DNA of 64,000 nt, from positions 1,674,001 to 1,738,000 of the forward strand of contig OZ024747.1 in NCBI GenBank assembly GCA_964016885.1, written 5' to 3'. The first letter of the stretch is position 1; every line of letters begins with the position of its first letter. The notes under the pieces are model-generated. The model was given only the letters and a program-made list of their open reading frames with translations, ran no database searches and was not told where the DNA came from. Below, one piece after another: positions 39,569 through 53,200 of this stretch. Made by a program: the position numbers and the translations under genes. Origin of the DNA: Eledone cirrhosa. Taxonomy: Eukaryota.

Positions 39569-40287
39569 CACTAAAATATTATAAAACTAATAGTAGGAAG
39601 AATGCCACACTAAACACCATGTAGTATTTTGTTATATATCTTTGTGGACTGAGTTCAAATCCTACCCCAGTTCACCTTTGTTATATTCTCCCAGGGGTCT
39701 TCTACAACCCTCACCAAATACAGTTTAATTATCTTAATTACAATATCAAACATAACTTTACCTTATATAATGGTAAACTATATATAGTACAACAAATATT
39801 TGATATGAAAATATATATAGAGGGATAAATTATTCAAATATTAACATTTTATCAAGAAATATGAGAGAATATTTTATAGAATTTGTATAACATCTCTATA
39901 ACATTTCTTAAAGATATATTTATTTTGAACCACAGTTTCGTATATTCAAATGAGTTCAATTATTTTATAATATAATTAATTACTTAAAATATTATTTTAA
40001 TAAATTTTTTATGATAGATTTGTTAAGTAAAGAAGTTTGTTAACTCAACCAGAAAAGTTGAAACTATAGAATTGAAAAAGTTTTCGAAGTCTTACTAAAG
40101 TCATAAAATAAGATTTCATCATTGAAATTATAATATAATTAATTTAATAATTAATATTTCTTATATATTTCATTGTTTTAAACATTTTAGATATTAAATA
40201 TTTCCACCCATTGAATTATAAATGTTCTAGTCACACACATCTATATGTATCTCTATATATATATGTGTGTGTAAGTAAATATAATAG

Positions 40288-40498
40288 TGTGTGAGTCAGC
40301 CCATCATTAACTGCAAGAACTGGAGGCTGTACTTCCGTTTCCTTACTTGGGAACAACAGACAGCTTGTCATTGGCTACAACACATATTACATACTACATA
40401 ACTTGATAGAACTATATAACAGTATACCAAACTACTCACAACTACTATATCTTACCAGAATATTGAAACAGTAACAATATAAACAACTGTTGGTAAGT
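40288..40498 (+). promoter_or_regulatory. Putative promoter and non-coding exon 1 of G6 (donor at 40493)
   Basis: Near-identical to 931-1141. Confidence 0.7.
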
Positions 40499-41906
40499 AT
40501 TTCTATAAAGTTATTGTTTTATAAATTAGTTATTTAGATATTTGGTAAAGTCTCTCTATGTCTCTAAGTTACCATCTTGGTAAAACTACATCACTATAAT
40601 AGTGAAATACTTCCAGTATAACAATATCATTTGAATAAGTTATTTTATTAAGCTTTCATAATATATTTTTCTACAATTATTTTAAGATTGTTGTTTTTAA
40701 AAGAACACAAATATAATTTAATATTTACAAAATTATTTAATTTATTATAATGTTTAAAATATATTTTCTAATATTCCTAAACTAGTTATAATATAAATCA
40801 GTGAAACGTTATATTAATAATAATATAAATCAGTGAAAGGTTATATTAATAATAATAATATATTTGTTTGTTATTTCTAATGATAAGATATTGTTTAGTT
40901 TTGTTGGTTTATTATTGTTATAGTGTTAAATATATTGTATGTTATCCTAGAATGTGAGATGTAACCAGGATGTAGCCTTGATTGTAAGGGAGGTTACTCT
41001 TAATGACTTTAATGAGGGAGCCTTTATGCTGGAAATAGTAGTTACATATTCCTCAAATAACATCTTATCGTCTTTATAAAGAGAAGAGCATATTGGATAA
41101 CATATTCCTACATATTTCTAGATATATATAAAAAGATGGGGTTCTTTTTGGCTTGGATATGTTGAATCATTAGTCTGCCCTTCAATGTTGACCAGGTGCT
41201 AATCAAGAACAGCAACAACCCTTAATACAGGGGTCTCAACCATACAGTCTACGAACTACTTCTCTATGGCCCTTGGTAGAACAAAGGAAAATTTGTCCCC
41301 TAAATTTTGTGCTAATTCATATATCCCACTTACTATCATATATATAATTATTTTCATAAATTAAATAACTTGCTAATTTGCTGTTTCAAGATACCCCAAA
41401 ACAGAGAATCTTTTATCATATCATCATCATGTGTACACCTTTCCGCACTTGCATGGGTTTGACTGGTCTTTGTAGCACAGTATCTCTCTACAATTTACTT
41501 TCCCTCATCATCTCATCTGTGAACTTCATCAATTTGAGATCAACTCTCACCATCTCCACCAAGGTGTTCCTTAGGTTTCATCTATTCTGGCTTTTGTTCA
41601 CTGGGATTTTCAGTCTCTTATTCACCCAGCAATCATCATCCATGTGCATCACATGTCCATACCAGTGCAGTCTCCTCTCCACCATGCTATTTCAGATTTC
41701 TCTTACACCCAGTTTTTCTCTCAGTTCAACCATTCTTTGTCATTTATACACATTAACACTGCACATCCATCAAAACATTGATAAATATATCAACATTTAG
41801 AGATACATTTCATGGGAATATATGTTAAGTATTATTTTCATAGATTTATGAACTCTACATTTGTGAATATCAATTGTTTACTATAAACTTCTATTTCAGA
41901 TTAACA

Positions 41907-44900
41907 ATGTCTCCATTGATATTGTTGTTGTTGTTAATGGCTGACAACTGCTGGTGTCTGGATCATATCTATCATGTGAAAGAGAACAATGATATACACA
42001 GCTATATTGGAGATATTGTTACTGATACACACTTACTGGATAATATAACATCTGGGGATGATAGAAAGAAACTGAGATTTAATGTACTCCAGGATAGTAC
42101 TGATGAAACTGTTCAGTTATTTAATGTTACATCTGGAGGACAACTGTACACAGCTGCCATATTGGATGCTGAAACTCTGTGTCAATATAATGTGGAATGT
42201 TTCAGGATATTGGAAATAGCAGTTCAATATAGCCATTCTTATATGAAGATATTAGAAATCAAAGTTATGATAGAAGATGTCAATGATAATTACCCTGTGT
42301 TTCCAAACAAGGAGTTTATTCTGCAATTTGATGAAAGTGATTCCAAAGGTTCCAAAGAAATAATTCCAAATGCCATTGACAAAGATGTCAGCATTCAGAA
42401 TTCAAAGATTTCTTATCAACTGAGGAATACCAGTGAAGATATTTTCCAATTGTCAGTCACAGATATTTCTGCTAAGCAAAGTAATATTGAATTAATTTTG
42501 GAAGGAAAGTTAGACAGAGAGAGAAAACAAACTCATGTTTTCCAGCTAATTGCCACAGATGGAAGAACTCCACCAATGGAAGGTATAATGGATATAAAAA
42601 TATTAGTGCGAGATAAAAATGATAATTCTCCAGTATTCTTACAAAACAACTACAATGTAACTATAGAAGATACACAAAATATGAACAAACCCATTATCAT
42701 ATTATCAGCAACAGATTTAGATGCAGGGGATAATGGAAGGGTTGTATATAGTTTTAGTCCTGATATCTCAGGAAAAGTAAAGAAATTCTTTGTTTTAAAC
42801 CAAACCTCTGGAGAATTGTATATAAAGGATGAATTTCAGTTTGGAAAAATCTATACATTGTTTATCGAAGCCAGAGATAATGGTAATCCTTCGAAATTTT
42901 CTACTGTCACTGTTCTTATAAATGGTATCAGCCACTTTAACAATCCACCAAACATTGATGTCAAGTTTCTCTTAAAGTCAACTGGAAACACAGCTGTCAT
43001 CTCAGAAGCAACTCTAATTCACAGCTTTGTTGCTTATGTCAAAGTTACTGACAATGATAATGAAGTTAATGGACAAGTGAAGTGTTATTTAGAAAATAAA
43101 TACCTTCAGTTAATCTCAATATCTCAGAAGAAATATAAAGTTGTTGTAAAGAGTAAAATAGATAGAGAGAGTGAGAAGAGTTTTAATTTCACGATTAAAT
43201 GTCAAGATAAAGGTTTACCTCCATTGAGAGTAGAGAAAGAGTTTTCTATGTTAGTTACTGATATAAATGATGTGAAACCTAAGTTTAGTGAGGATATATT
43301 TAAATTTCTCACCTATGAAAATGAAGATAAAGACTTCCCTGTTGGATATATCAATGCTACAGACCCAGATCTTGGAGATGGAGGACAATTGATCTATTCT
43401 CTTTTAAATAATGGAAAAGATATTCTACCATTTCAGATATCAAATCTGGGATTTATTTCTACAACTCAGTCACTAGATAGAGAAGAAAAGAAGATGTATG
43501 AGTTTAAAGTTTTAGTAAAAGATAAAGGAAGACCACCACTAGAGAACACAGCAAATGTTATTGTTGAAGTTATGGATTTAAATGATAATGTTCCATATTT
43601 CAGTTTCCCTAATGTTAACCCTTTTAGTTTTGATGTTCACTACCATCCTCACAGTGAACATGATATCACAGTTATAAGGGCCTCTGATAGAGATAGTCAA
43701 CATAATGCCTTCCTTACATATGAAATAGTAAGAGGTAATAAGAAAGAGTTATTTAGAATTAATCCTCACTCTGGTGTCTTATCTTTCTCTCGGTCAGTTT
43801 ACCAAAATGATGCTGGACTCTATCAACTAGAATTAAGTGTAAAAGATAATGGTAGTCCAGTTCTGTCATCAACAACAACTTTATCTTTGACTTTAACAGT
43901 TAGTAACAACACATCAAAGATATTTAAGACATCTTTAAAGACAACAACATTAAGTAAAGGTCTTCCTTTTAAAGTGATAATTATTATTGTTATAGCAACT
44001 GTGGTAGTATCAGTTGTTATAGTGATCTCTATATCAATCTGTATAGTTCATAGACTAAAGCAGACAGATAGTAACTATAGTAGTGGTAGTAGTAGTAGTG
44101 GTGGTGGTAGTGTTGATATGTACCACAAGGTTACACCTACATTAAATATACAGTCAAAATATATCTTTGATCCAAGTTGTGTTGATCCTGGAGTACATTA
44201 TACCATGGGGAGAAATGTGAAGAAATCTCAACCAATGATAGACAGAGAAGATATTCACTGCAGAACTCTACCAGGTGACAGATGGGGTAATCCAGCTTTC
44301 AGACCTCATCAACAGGTAAGATAACTTTAGAATAATATCTTATAACTTTGAAACATGTCTGTCACTTTTCAAATCATTTCTAATATATAGTTGTATATTT
44401 TGTATAACCCTATATCACAACAAGGAGAGTTAAACATAATTTGTCATATATTTTACAGTTTTATACTAAATATTTATTGCAAAATATATCAATAATTGTA
44501 AATTTTCTCCCAACAGATATTTTTGGATTTATTTTGAAATTAATAATTAAATGAATGGAATATTTCAAGTGCTAGTTAAGTTTTCTGCCATGTTAAGAAG
44601 CAATTTCTTGAAATGTATTTCTAACTAGAGTCACAAGAAGAATGTTTTGTTCTGTGACTCTCAATTCTATGTTGTACATGTATCTCATTAACTTTAGATG
44701 TTTGTTCCAAGAGAAGAAAGTATGTCTCCAGGTTACAGAGAACTAAACAATACTGACCAATTCAGTGAGATGTCAACATTATCATCTCACACTGATAGTG
44801 GTCATGGTTGGAGTGTTGGTAGTGCTGGACATTATGAGGAACTGCCAGGTAAGTCTGAATTACCATATATCTCCTATCCATATAATTATTAGTGTATTTT

Positions 44901-45549
44901 AGTACTTTTAATTGTTAAATTAATTTTTTATCCGAATATTAATTAGTAAATTTCTTATAAAGCCAAAATATATTTTGTGGAAGATTTTAAATTCTGGTCA
45001 TTAATGAAAATAGGAAAAACATTAAAATATATTTTATTTCTGTCTCTTCCTCACTCTCTCTCTCTTACCCTCATATTCTGTCTCTCTCTCTCTCCAGTTC
45101 TGATATTGAGATATCGAATCTTTTAACCAGAATGATGTATTTTAAAATTTACTTTCAATTTATTTTGTACAAAATTTGATTCTGTCCCCTAAATCAACCT
45201 ATTTCCAGATCTGTGTCGTTACCAAAGTGACAATACATGGAACAGGAGAAATCAACTTCCACACACACTGACAAGATCAAGAGGAGATAACAACATTGGA
45301 TATCATTATCAACCTAATGTTAACACTTCCTGTGATCAGCAGCAAATACCTTTCACTATAACTGGTACCACATCTAACATAACTGAACAACCATCTACAA
45401 TGACAAGTGACTTTACTTCAAAGAGTAAACCACCTCTACCAGCTGTACCTAAAGTAACAACAGTACCAAAGGTACCATCAATACCTCAGGTACCTTCTCT
45501 GACTATAGTAAAAAATTTACATAGCAGCTCTATGGAAACCCTGAATTAA
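41907..45549 (+). CDS. Protocadherin G6, ~966 aa; coding exons 41907-44315, 44698-44848, 45209-45549
   Basis: Same architecture; short introns 2 and 3 lacking the RTE and Helitron insertions; no downstream minisatellite. Confidence 0.92.
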
Positions 45550-46727
45550 TATCTATGAAATCATCATTAATCCATTATATTAACATAAATATTATTGTCA
45601 TAAGCCAGTCATTATCTAAACAGTGTAGAAAATATTAATGATATTATATTTTAGTATTAAAGAAAATTAGTTGGTGAGAATCAATGTTAGGCTTCATACA
45701 GAACTGACATACTTTAAATTTAGTATAGAGGTAGATTGATATAGATATATATTAGTAGATATTGATATTTACCTCTAATTTAGTGAGAATCAATGTTAGA
45801 CTACATACAGAACTGACATATTTTAAAATTTAGTATAGAGGTAGAGTGATATAGACATAGGTAGATACTAATGTTAAACTCTACAGTTATATAAAAATAT
45901 ATTTATGAAATATAACTCAGTAACATTGTAATATTTCATATATATTAACCCTGAATAGTTTCTAACAGTTGTCTCCCTTGGTTATAATAGTAATTCTAAC
46001 GGACATTGTTTTGAAAATTAGTTTTTTATTAATAAATTATCTAAAATAAATATAATCGCTAAATTTTCTATGATAGATATATAAATTGACTTTATTTATA
46101 TTTTCCTCCCTGTTAGGTATATATTTGATATAAATACTGTTGGAGCAATGTAATCCTTTTAATATCTCACAACAACTTCATATATTTTCTCATTAATATA
46201 TTATTTATGTTACAAAAAGTAATTCTTCACTAAATTTTATAATTGTCCCTTTATTAAGGCTCAAAGCACTTGTTTGATGATAGGTTTCTTAGAAGGTTTC
46301 TGCCCAGCTCTCCTGAGAGATCCTTACTACTGTTTTTATTGTAATTAGTGTCACTTTAATATTTGTTTATTCATAACTGTAGTTTCGTATTTATCAAAAG
46401 TTTACATATTAACTTTTGTGGCTAATATATATATTTATGATATTATATATTTGTATAATTTTTCATAGCAATATATTTTAGTTTTACTTTCTAACATGAT
46501 TTTTTAAAGATCATGAGTAGCTTTTCATTCTTGAAACCAGACTTACTAAAAATAGTTTTTTCTTCTTACTTTCTTACTAAATATCTTACCAATAATATTT
46601 TCCACACTGATTTTATTTCCCATCGTTAACATTGTAAACATAAAATATTTCAACCATTTAATTATATCTACACACCATACACATGTATATAGATATATGT
46701 GTCTATGTGTGGGGTTAAATATAATAG

Positions 46728-46938
46728 TGTCTGAGTCAGCCCATCATTAACTGCAAGAACTGGAGGCTGTACTTCCGTTTCCTTACTTGGGAACAACAGA
46801 CAGCTTGACATTGGCTACAACACATATTACATACTAAATAACTTGATAGAACTATATAACAGTATACCAAACTACTCACAACTACTATATCTTACCAGAA
46901 TATTGAAACAGTAACAATATAAACAACTGTTGGTAAGT
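46728..46938 (+). promoter_or_regulatory. Putative promoter and non-coding exon 1 of G7 (donor at 46933)
   Basis: About 3 differences from the G1-G6 block, although the flanks are diverged or unrelated. Confidence 0.72.
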
Positions 46939-47150
46939 ATTTCTTTAAAGTTATTCTCTGTTAAGTATAAATTAGTTATTTAGATATTTAGTAATCCTAA
47001 CAGTTAATATATAACAGAATATTATCACTAACAAAGACATTGTACTACCTTAAATATTATTATATCACTTTATTGAGACCTTAAGTTATCCTATGATATA
47101 GGTTCTGTTGTTTATTGTGAAAGTAATATATATTCAATTGAAACTGAAAG

Positions 47151-47322
47151 ATGACATAGTTAATTCTAGGTAGGTACAAACTTGGTTGTATGACATAGTT
47201 AATTCTAGGTCGGTACAAACATGGTTGAAGGTACAGACATGGTTGTATGACAGTTAATTCTAGATAGGTACAAACATGGTTATATGACATAGTTAATTCT
47301 AGGTAGGTACAGACATGGTTGT
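47151..47322 (+). repeat. ~39-bp tandem repeat, ~4 copies (ATGACATAGTTAATTCTAGGTAGGTACAAACATGGTTGT)
   Basis: Direct repetition seen in sequence. Confidence 0.85.
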
Positions 47323-47488
47323 GTGGTTAAGAATTTTGGTTTACAAACTTGACCAGCATGAGATAATCACTGGATTATCTTTGAGCATAAGTTTGTTGAA
47401 TCTGAGTTAACTTTAATTTAAATAACATTGCCAGCTATTATATCAAGAACAATCTGCTGTAGTTTGTTGTTGTTCTCTAGCTCTAAAT

Positions 47489-47632
47489 CAGGCGTGGACA
47501 ATTTGTGGCCTGTGAGCCACATGTGGTCCGTCGGTATATCTGAATGGCACACCTAATTTCTAAATTGTATTGAATTCTTTAGTAGAGCAGCCTCCCATGT
47601 GGCTCACTGCTCCAAAAAGGTTCAGATCCCTG
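47489..47632. mobile_element. Degenerate hAT/Charlie-like MITE
   Basis: CAGG...GGCC..GCCACATGTGGTCC...AAAAAGGTT...CCCTG end pattern; TSD not preserved. Confidence 0.4.
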
Positions 47633-47799
47633 TTTATTGTCTACCAGTAATCTTGTGACATCCTCTTTGTCTCTTTCCAGGGGGGTACTAATGTAAAACC
47701 TGGTTAGCCTGTCTCTCACTTCAGAGTCATGTGACATGTCCCAACCAGACAAGCCAACACTTGTAGAGGACGTTAGACAAATTGTTGTTGGTGGAATTC

Positions 47800-48870
47800 T
47801 TTGTTGAAGTCATCTCACTTGATGACAAGAATTTTCTGTAGACATTTGGTGTCAAAATCATCTTTTGTCTGGTCTTCACACTCTACATTTCACACCCATA
47901 TAGGAGTGTTGAAAGTACATTGCTGTTGTAAATCTTATCTTGGTTCCAAGTGAAAGTGTTTTGCTTCTCCAGATCTTGTTGAGTTGCTTAAAGATAGCCA
48001 AAGCCTTTTCTATTTTGTTGATAGATCTTCTGAGGTAGGTGAAGTCATACATCAGCCCCACATCCTCCTAGTTGATGAAGACATTTGGTCTTGATGGAAA
48101 TATACCAGCTAGTATGTTCTTGGTCTTTTTGACATTGATGTGGGGACTGGCATTAGCTGCAGATGACCTTATCCCATCTATCAAACACTGCAAGTCAGAT
48201 GTATGGCCACAATATCATCTGCAAAGTCAAGGTCTGAGAGCTTCTGTACCTCTAACCAGTCAATTCTTCTTACCTTCTGTTGCCGTTTTGAGAATCTAGT
48301 CGATGACCAAATCAAAGAGAGTCAGAGACGGTCGGCATCCTTGGCAAAACTCCTGTGATGACATCAAACCACTCATTATAACCATCCTCAGTTCTTATGC
48401 AACATTTTGAACCAGTATTTAAATCCTTGATGGCTGAAGCAACCTTAGATGGTATGTCTTATAAGCTCACATGTTCCCCCCTAAGGATGGTCTGTGTAGG
48501 CTTTAGTAAAGACAATGAATGGTTTGGCAAATGGTACTTGGAATTCATTTTATTTCTTGATGTGTTGTAGAGTAGATATTTGATCAGCCCAGGTGTGTTT
48601 GGGTTGGAACTTGTTGCTCACACAAGACATGATTGCCTGCCTCATTCATTAGATTCAGGATAACTTGGCAGTACACCTTTCCTAATATGGATAGAAGTGT
48701 TGCTCCCGTCAAGTTGTCACATTCTGTAAGATTACCTCTTTGGGAGATGCAGGCAACTGCTCTAATTTTCTGGTACCTCACCTGTATTCCATGCCTGGTT
48801 ATATAACTGTCATATCCATCTGTTGACACATTCCTCTCTGCCTTTGAGCATCTCTGTAGTGATGACATTC
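47800..48870 (-). mobile_element. Decayed LINE (RTE-like) reverse-transcriptase region in G7 intron 1
   Basis: Minus strand shows LDFADDI (~48210-48232), GC...LFDLVID, FKQLNKIWRSKTLSLGTKIR and TLLSILGKVY, with stops and frameshifts. Boundaries approximate. Confidence 0.75.
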
Positions 48871-49714
48871 CTACCTAGTGACATATTGTTATGCTGGAAA
48901 CTAAATCAGAGTTGGCAAGTTTGGATGACTAGAAACTGCCTACTCCAAGATGTTTCAATGTTCTGTAGTTGAAGTAGTGGAAACTACCAAAATTATTGAT
49001 ATTGACCAACAAAGAAACAAGTCTGTTAATTTATATGGTGATTACTTGCCATGGAATGAGATAACAGGAATATACAAAAGTTAAAAATAACAATGTTTAC
49101 TTTATATATTAGTACAATACAGAGTTTAAAGAATAGAATATTTTTGTTGATATACTGTTATTTAGTGGAAGTAGAAGGAAGATATATTATTGAGAGACTG
49201 AATAAAAGAGTAAAAGAGTTAATGCAGAGATTCACTGGAGAAAAAATATAGTTTTGATGTCTGGCTTTATTAGCCTGTGATATTTTAGTGTTGAAGTTAA
49301 AATATGGTAAAAAGGGAATGGTGTATGATAGAAATGAGGTTCTAAGTATTTGTAACTGAAGAAGGTATATATACTAACAAAATGTTGGTAATTGATGAAA
49401 GACCAGCTACATCTATAAAAGAACCACCATATGTTTTTATCTGTTGAAATTTATGATTAATAGACAGATGAGAGGAACTTAGAAAGTTATCCTCAGATAC
49501 AAAACCTTGGCTAAATGTTGGGAATAGATTGCATTCAACTAAAGCCACCCAGGTACACTGTAGTGGTCTGTATTTTATTATATGCCAGATCTTACACTAG
49601 AGGTCTACTGGTAAAACAAACCTTGAACAATACCAGATTTAAAACAAGCGTGACTGAAGGAGTTGAAATTTTAAGACAGACCAAATGAATAAAATGGTGG
49701 TATTTTCCATTAAA

Positions 49715-50055
49715 GACGTCATAATTATCATTTTACGTCCACCTTTTCCTGCTTGCAAGGGTGGGACGGGTCCTATTCAGCACAGCATCTCTCCACTCAT
49801 CACGGTCCTTTGTCATCTCCGTGATCTGAGGTCTGCTCTCACCCCCTACACCCATGTTTCTCCTGGTCTTCCTCTACTGTGTCTTCCTTCTACTGGGATT
49901 TCTTGGCACTTTTCCCAGCGACATCCTCCAATCACATCACATATCCATACCATCGCAGTCTTCTCTCCCGCACACTACAAGTTATCCCTCTTAAACACAG
50001 TTTCTCTCTCAACACATCTATGCTTGGTCGTTCATGGACATCCAATGGAGCATGC
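49715..50055 (-). mobile_element. RTE LINE 3' fragment in G7 intron 1
   Basis: CCTGCTTGCAAGGGTGGGA and downstream sequence match the RTE 3' end at 5757-6130. Confidence 0.75.
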
Positions 50056-50223
50056 ATACAAATATATATTTCAGATAATAAGATATACACTCTCTACTGT
50101 TCTGCTTATTTTACAACTATCTGAAACTTCCAGTGTATTGGGAGAAATTGGAGGCAGTTTTACATATATCTTTTTTTTTTTTTTTTCAGATAACTTGACT
50201 AAATACCAAGGAAGACCGTAGAC

Positions 50224-53200
50224 ATGTTGTCCATTGTTTTGTTATTGTTAATGGCTGACAACTGCTGGTGTCTGGATCATATCTATCATGTGAAAGAGAA
50301 CAATGATATACACAGCTATATTGGAGATATTGTTACTGATACACACTTACTGGATAATATAACATCTGGGGATGATAGAAAGAAACTGAGATTTAATGTA
50401 CTCCAGGATAGTACTGATGAAACTGTTCAGTTATTTAATGTTACATCTGGAGGACAACTGTACACAGCTGCCATATTGGATGCTGAAACTCTGTGTCAAT
50501 ATAATGTGGAATGTTTCAGGATATTGGAAATAGCAGTTCAATATAGCCATTCTTATATGAAGATATTAGAAATCAAAGTTATGATAGAAGATGTCAATGA
50601 TAATTATCCTGTGTTTCCAAACATGGAATTTCATTTACAATTTGATGAAGATGATTTAATAGGAACAAAGGGGGCTATTTCAAATGCTTTTGATAAAGAT
50701 GTCAGTATTAAAAACTCAAAGATTTCTTATCAACTAAAAAATAACAGTGAAAATTCTTTCAAATTATCTGTTCAAAGAATTTCTGACAGGCAAAGTAATA
50801 TTGAATTACTATTAGAAAGAAATTTAGACAGAGAGACAAAGGAATCCCATATTCTTCAAATAATAGCAACAGATGAGGGATCTCCACCAAAAGAGACTGA
50901 ATTAATTATTCTTATTACAGTCAAGGATCTAAATGATAATTCTCCAGTATTCTCACCAAATATCTACAATGTAACTGTAGAAGATACACAAAATAAGAAC
51001 AAACCCATTATCACATTATCAGCAACAGATTTAGATGCAGGGGATAATGGAAGGGTTGTATATAGTTTTAGTCCTGACATCTCAGAAAAAGTAAAGAAAT
51101 TCTTTGTTTTAAACCAAACCTCTGGAGAATTGTATATAAAGGATGAATTTCAGTTTGGAAAAATCTACAGATTGTTTATCGAAGCCAGAGATAATGGTAA
51201 TCCTTCGAAATTTTCTACTGTCACTGTTCTTATAAATGGTATCAGCCACTTTAACAATCCACCAAACATTGATGTCAAGTTTCTCTTAAAGTCAACTGGA
51301 AACACAGCTGTCATCTCAGAAGCAACTCTAAGTCACAGCTTTGTTGCTTATGTCAAAGTTACTGACAATGATAATGAAGTTAATGGACAAGTGAAGTGTT
51401 ATTTAGAAAATAAATACCTTCAGTTAATCTCAATATCTCAGAAGAAATATAAAGTTGTTGTAAAGAGTAAAATAGATAGAGAGAGTGAGAAGAGTTTTAA
51501 TTTCACGATTAAATGTCAAGATAAAGGTTTACCTCCATTGAGAGTAGAGAAAGAGTTTTCTATGTTAGTTACTGATATAAATGATGTGAAACCTAAGTTT
51601 AGTGAGGATATATTTAAATTTCTCACCTATGAAAATGAAGATAAAGACTTCCCTGTTGGATATATCAATGCTACAGACCCAGATATTGGAGATGGAGGAC
51701 AATTGATCTATTCTCTTTTAAATAATGGAAAAGATATTCTACCATTTCAGATATCAAATCTGGGATTTATTTCTACAACTCAGTCACTAGATAGAGAAGA
51801 AAAGAAGATGTATGAGTTTAAAGTTTTAGTAAAAGATAAAGGAAGACCACCACTAGAGAACACAGCAAATGTTATTGTTGAAGTTATGGATTTAAATGAT
51901 AATGTTCCATATTTCAGTTTCCCTAATGTTAACCCTTTTAGTTTTGATGTTCACTACCATCCTCACAGTGAACATGATATCACAGTTATAAGGGCCTCTG
52001 ATAGAGATAGTCAACATAATGCCTTCCTTACATATGAAATAGTAAGAGGTAATAAGAAAGAGTTATTTAGAATTAATCCTCACTCTGGTGTCTTATCTTT
52101 CTCTCGGTCAGTTTACCAAAATGATGCTGGACTCTATCAACTAGAATTAAGTGTAAAAGATAATGGTAGTCCAGTTCTGTCATCAACAACAACTTTATCT
52201 TTGACTTTAACAGTTAGTAACAACACATCAAAGATATTTAAGACATCTTTAAAGACAACAACATTAAGTAAAGGTCTTCCTTTTAAAGTGATAATTATTA
52301 TTGTTATAGCAACTGTGGTAGTATCAGTTGTTATAGTGATCTCTATATCAATCTGTATAGTTCATAGACTAAAGCAGACAGATAGTAACTATAGTAGTGG
52401 TAGTAGTAGTAGTGGTGGTGGTAGTGTTGATATGTACCACAAGGTTACACCTACATTAAATATACAGTCACAATATATCTTTGATCCAACTTGTGTTGAT
52501 CCTGGAGTACATTATACCATGGGGAGAAATGTGAAGAAATCTCAACCAATGATAGACAGAGAAGATATTCACTGCAGAACTCTACCAGGTGACAGATGGG
52601 GTAATCCAGCTTTCAGACCTCATCAACAGGTAAGATAACTTTAAAATAATATCTTATAACTTTGAAACATGTCTGTCACTTTTCAAATCATTTCTAATAT
52701 ATAGTTGTATATTTTATATAACCCTATATCATGACAAGGAGAGTTAAACATAATTTGTCATGTATTTTACAGTTTTATACTAAAATATTCAGTGTTGAAT
52801 TACTAAATATTTATTGCAAATTATATTCAAAATATATCAATAATTGTAAATTTTCTGCCAACAGATATTTTTGGATTTATTTTGAAATTAATAATTAAAT
52901 GAATGGAATATTTCAACTGCTAGTTAAGAAGCAATTTCTTGAAATGTATTTCTAACTAGAGTCACAAGAAGAATGTTTTGTTCTGTGACTCTCAAATCTA
53001 TGTTGTACATGTCTCTCATTAACTTTAGATGTTTGTTCCAAGAGAAGAAAGTATGTCTCCAGGTTACAGAGAACTAAACAATACTGACCAATTCAGTGAG
53101 ATGTCAACATTATCATCTCACACTGATAGTGGTCATGGTTGGAGTGTTGGTAGTGCTGGACATTATGAGGAACTGCCAGGTAAGTCTGAAATACTCAATA

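Noticed and set aside
45673-45850. Tandem duplication with ~110-bp period in the G6 3' region (single copy in G7)
   Set aside because: Real but ordinary local duplication with no sign of function.
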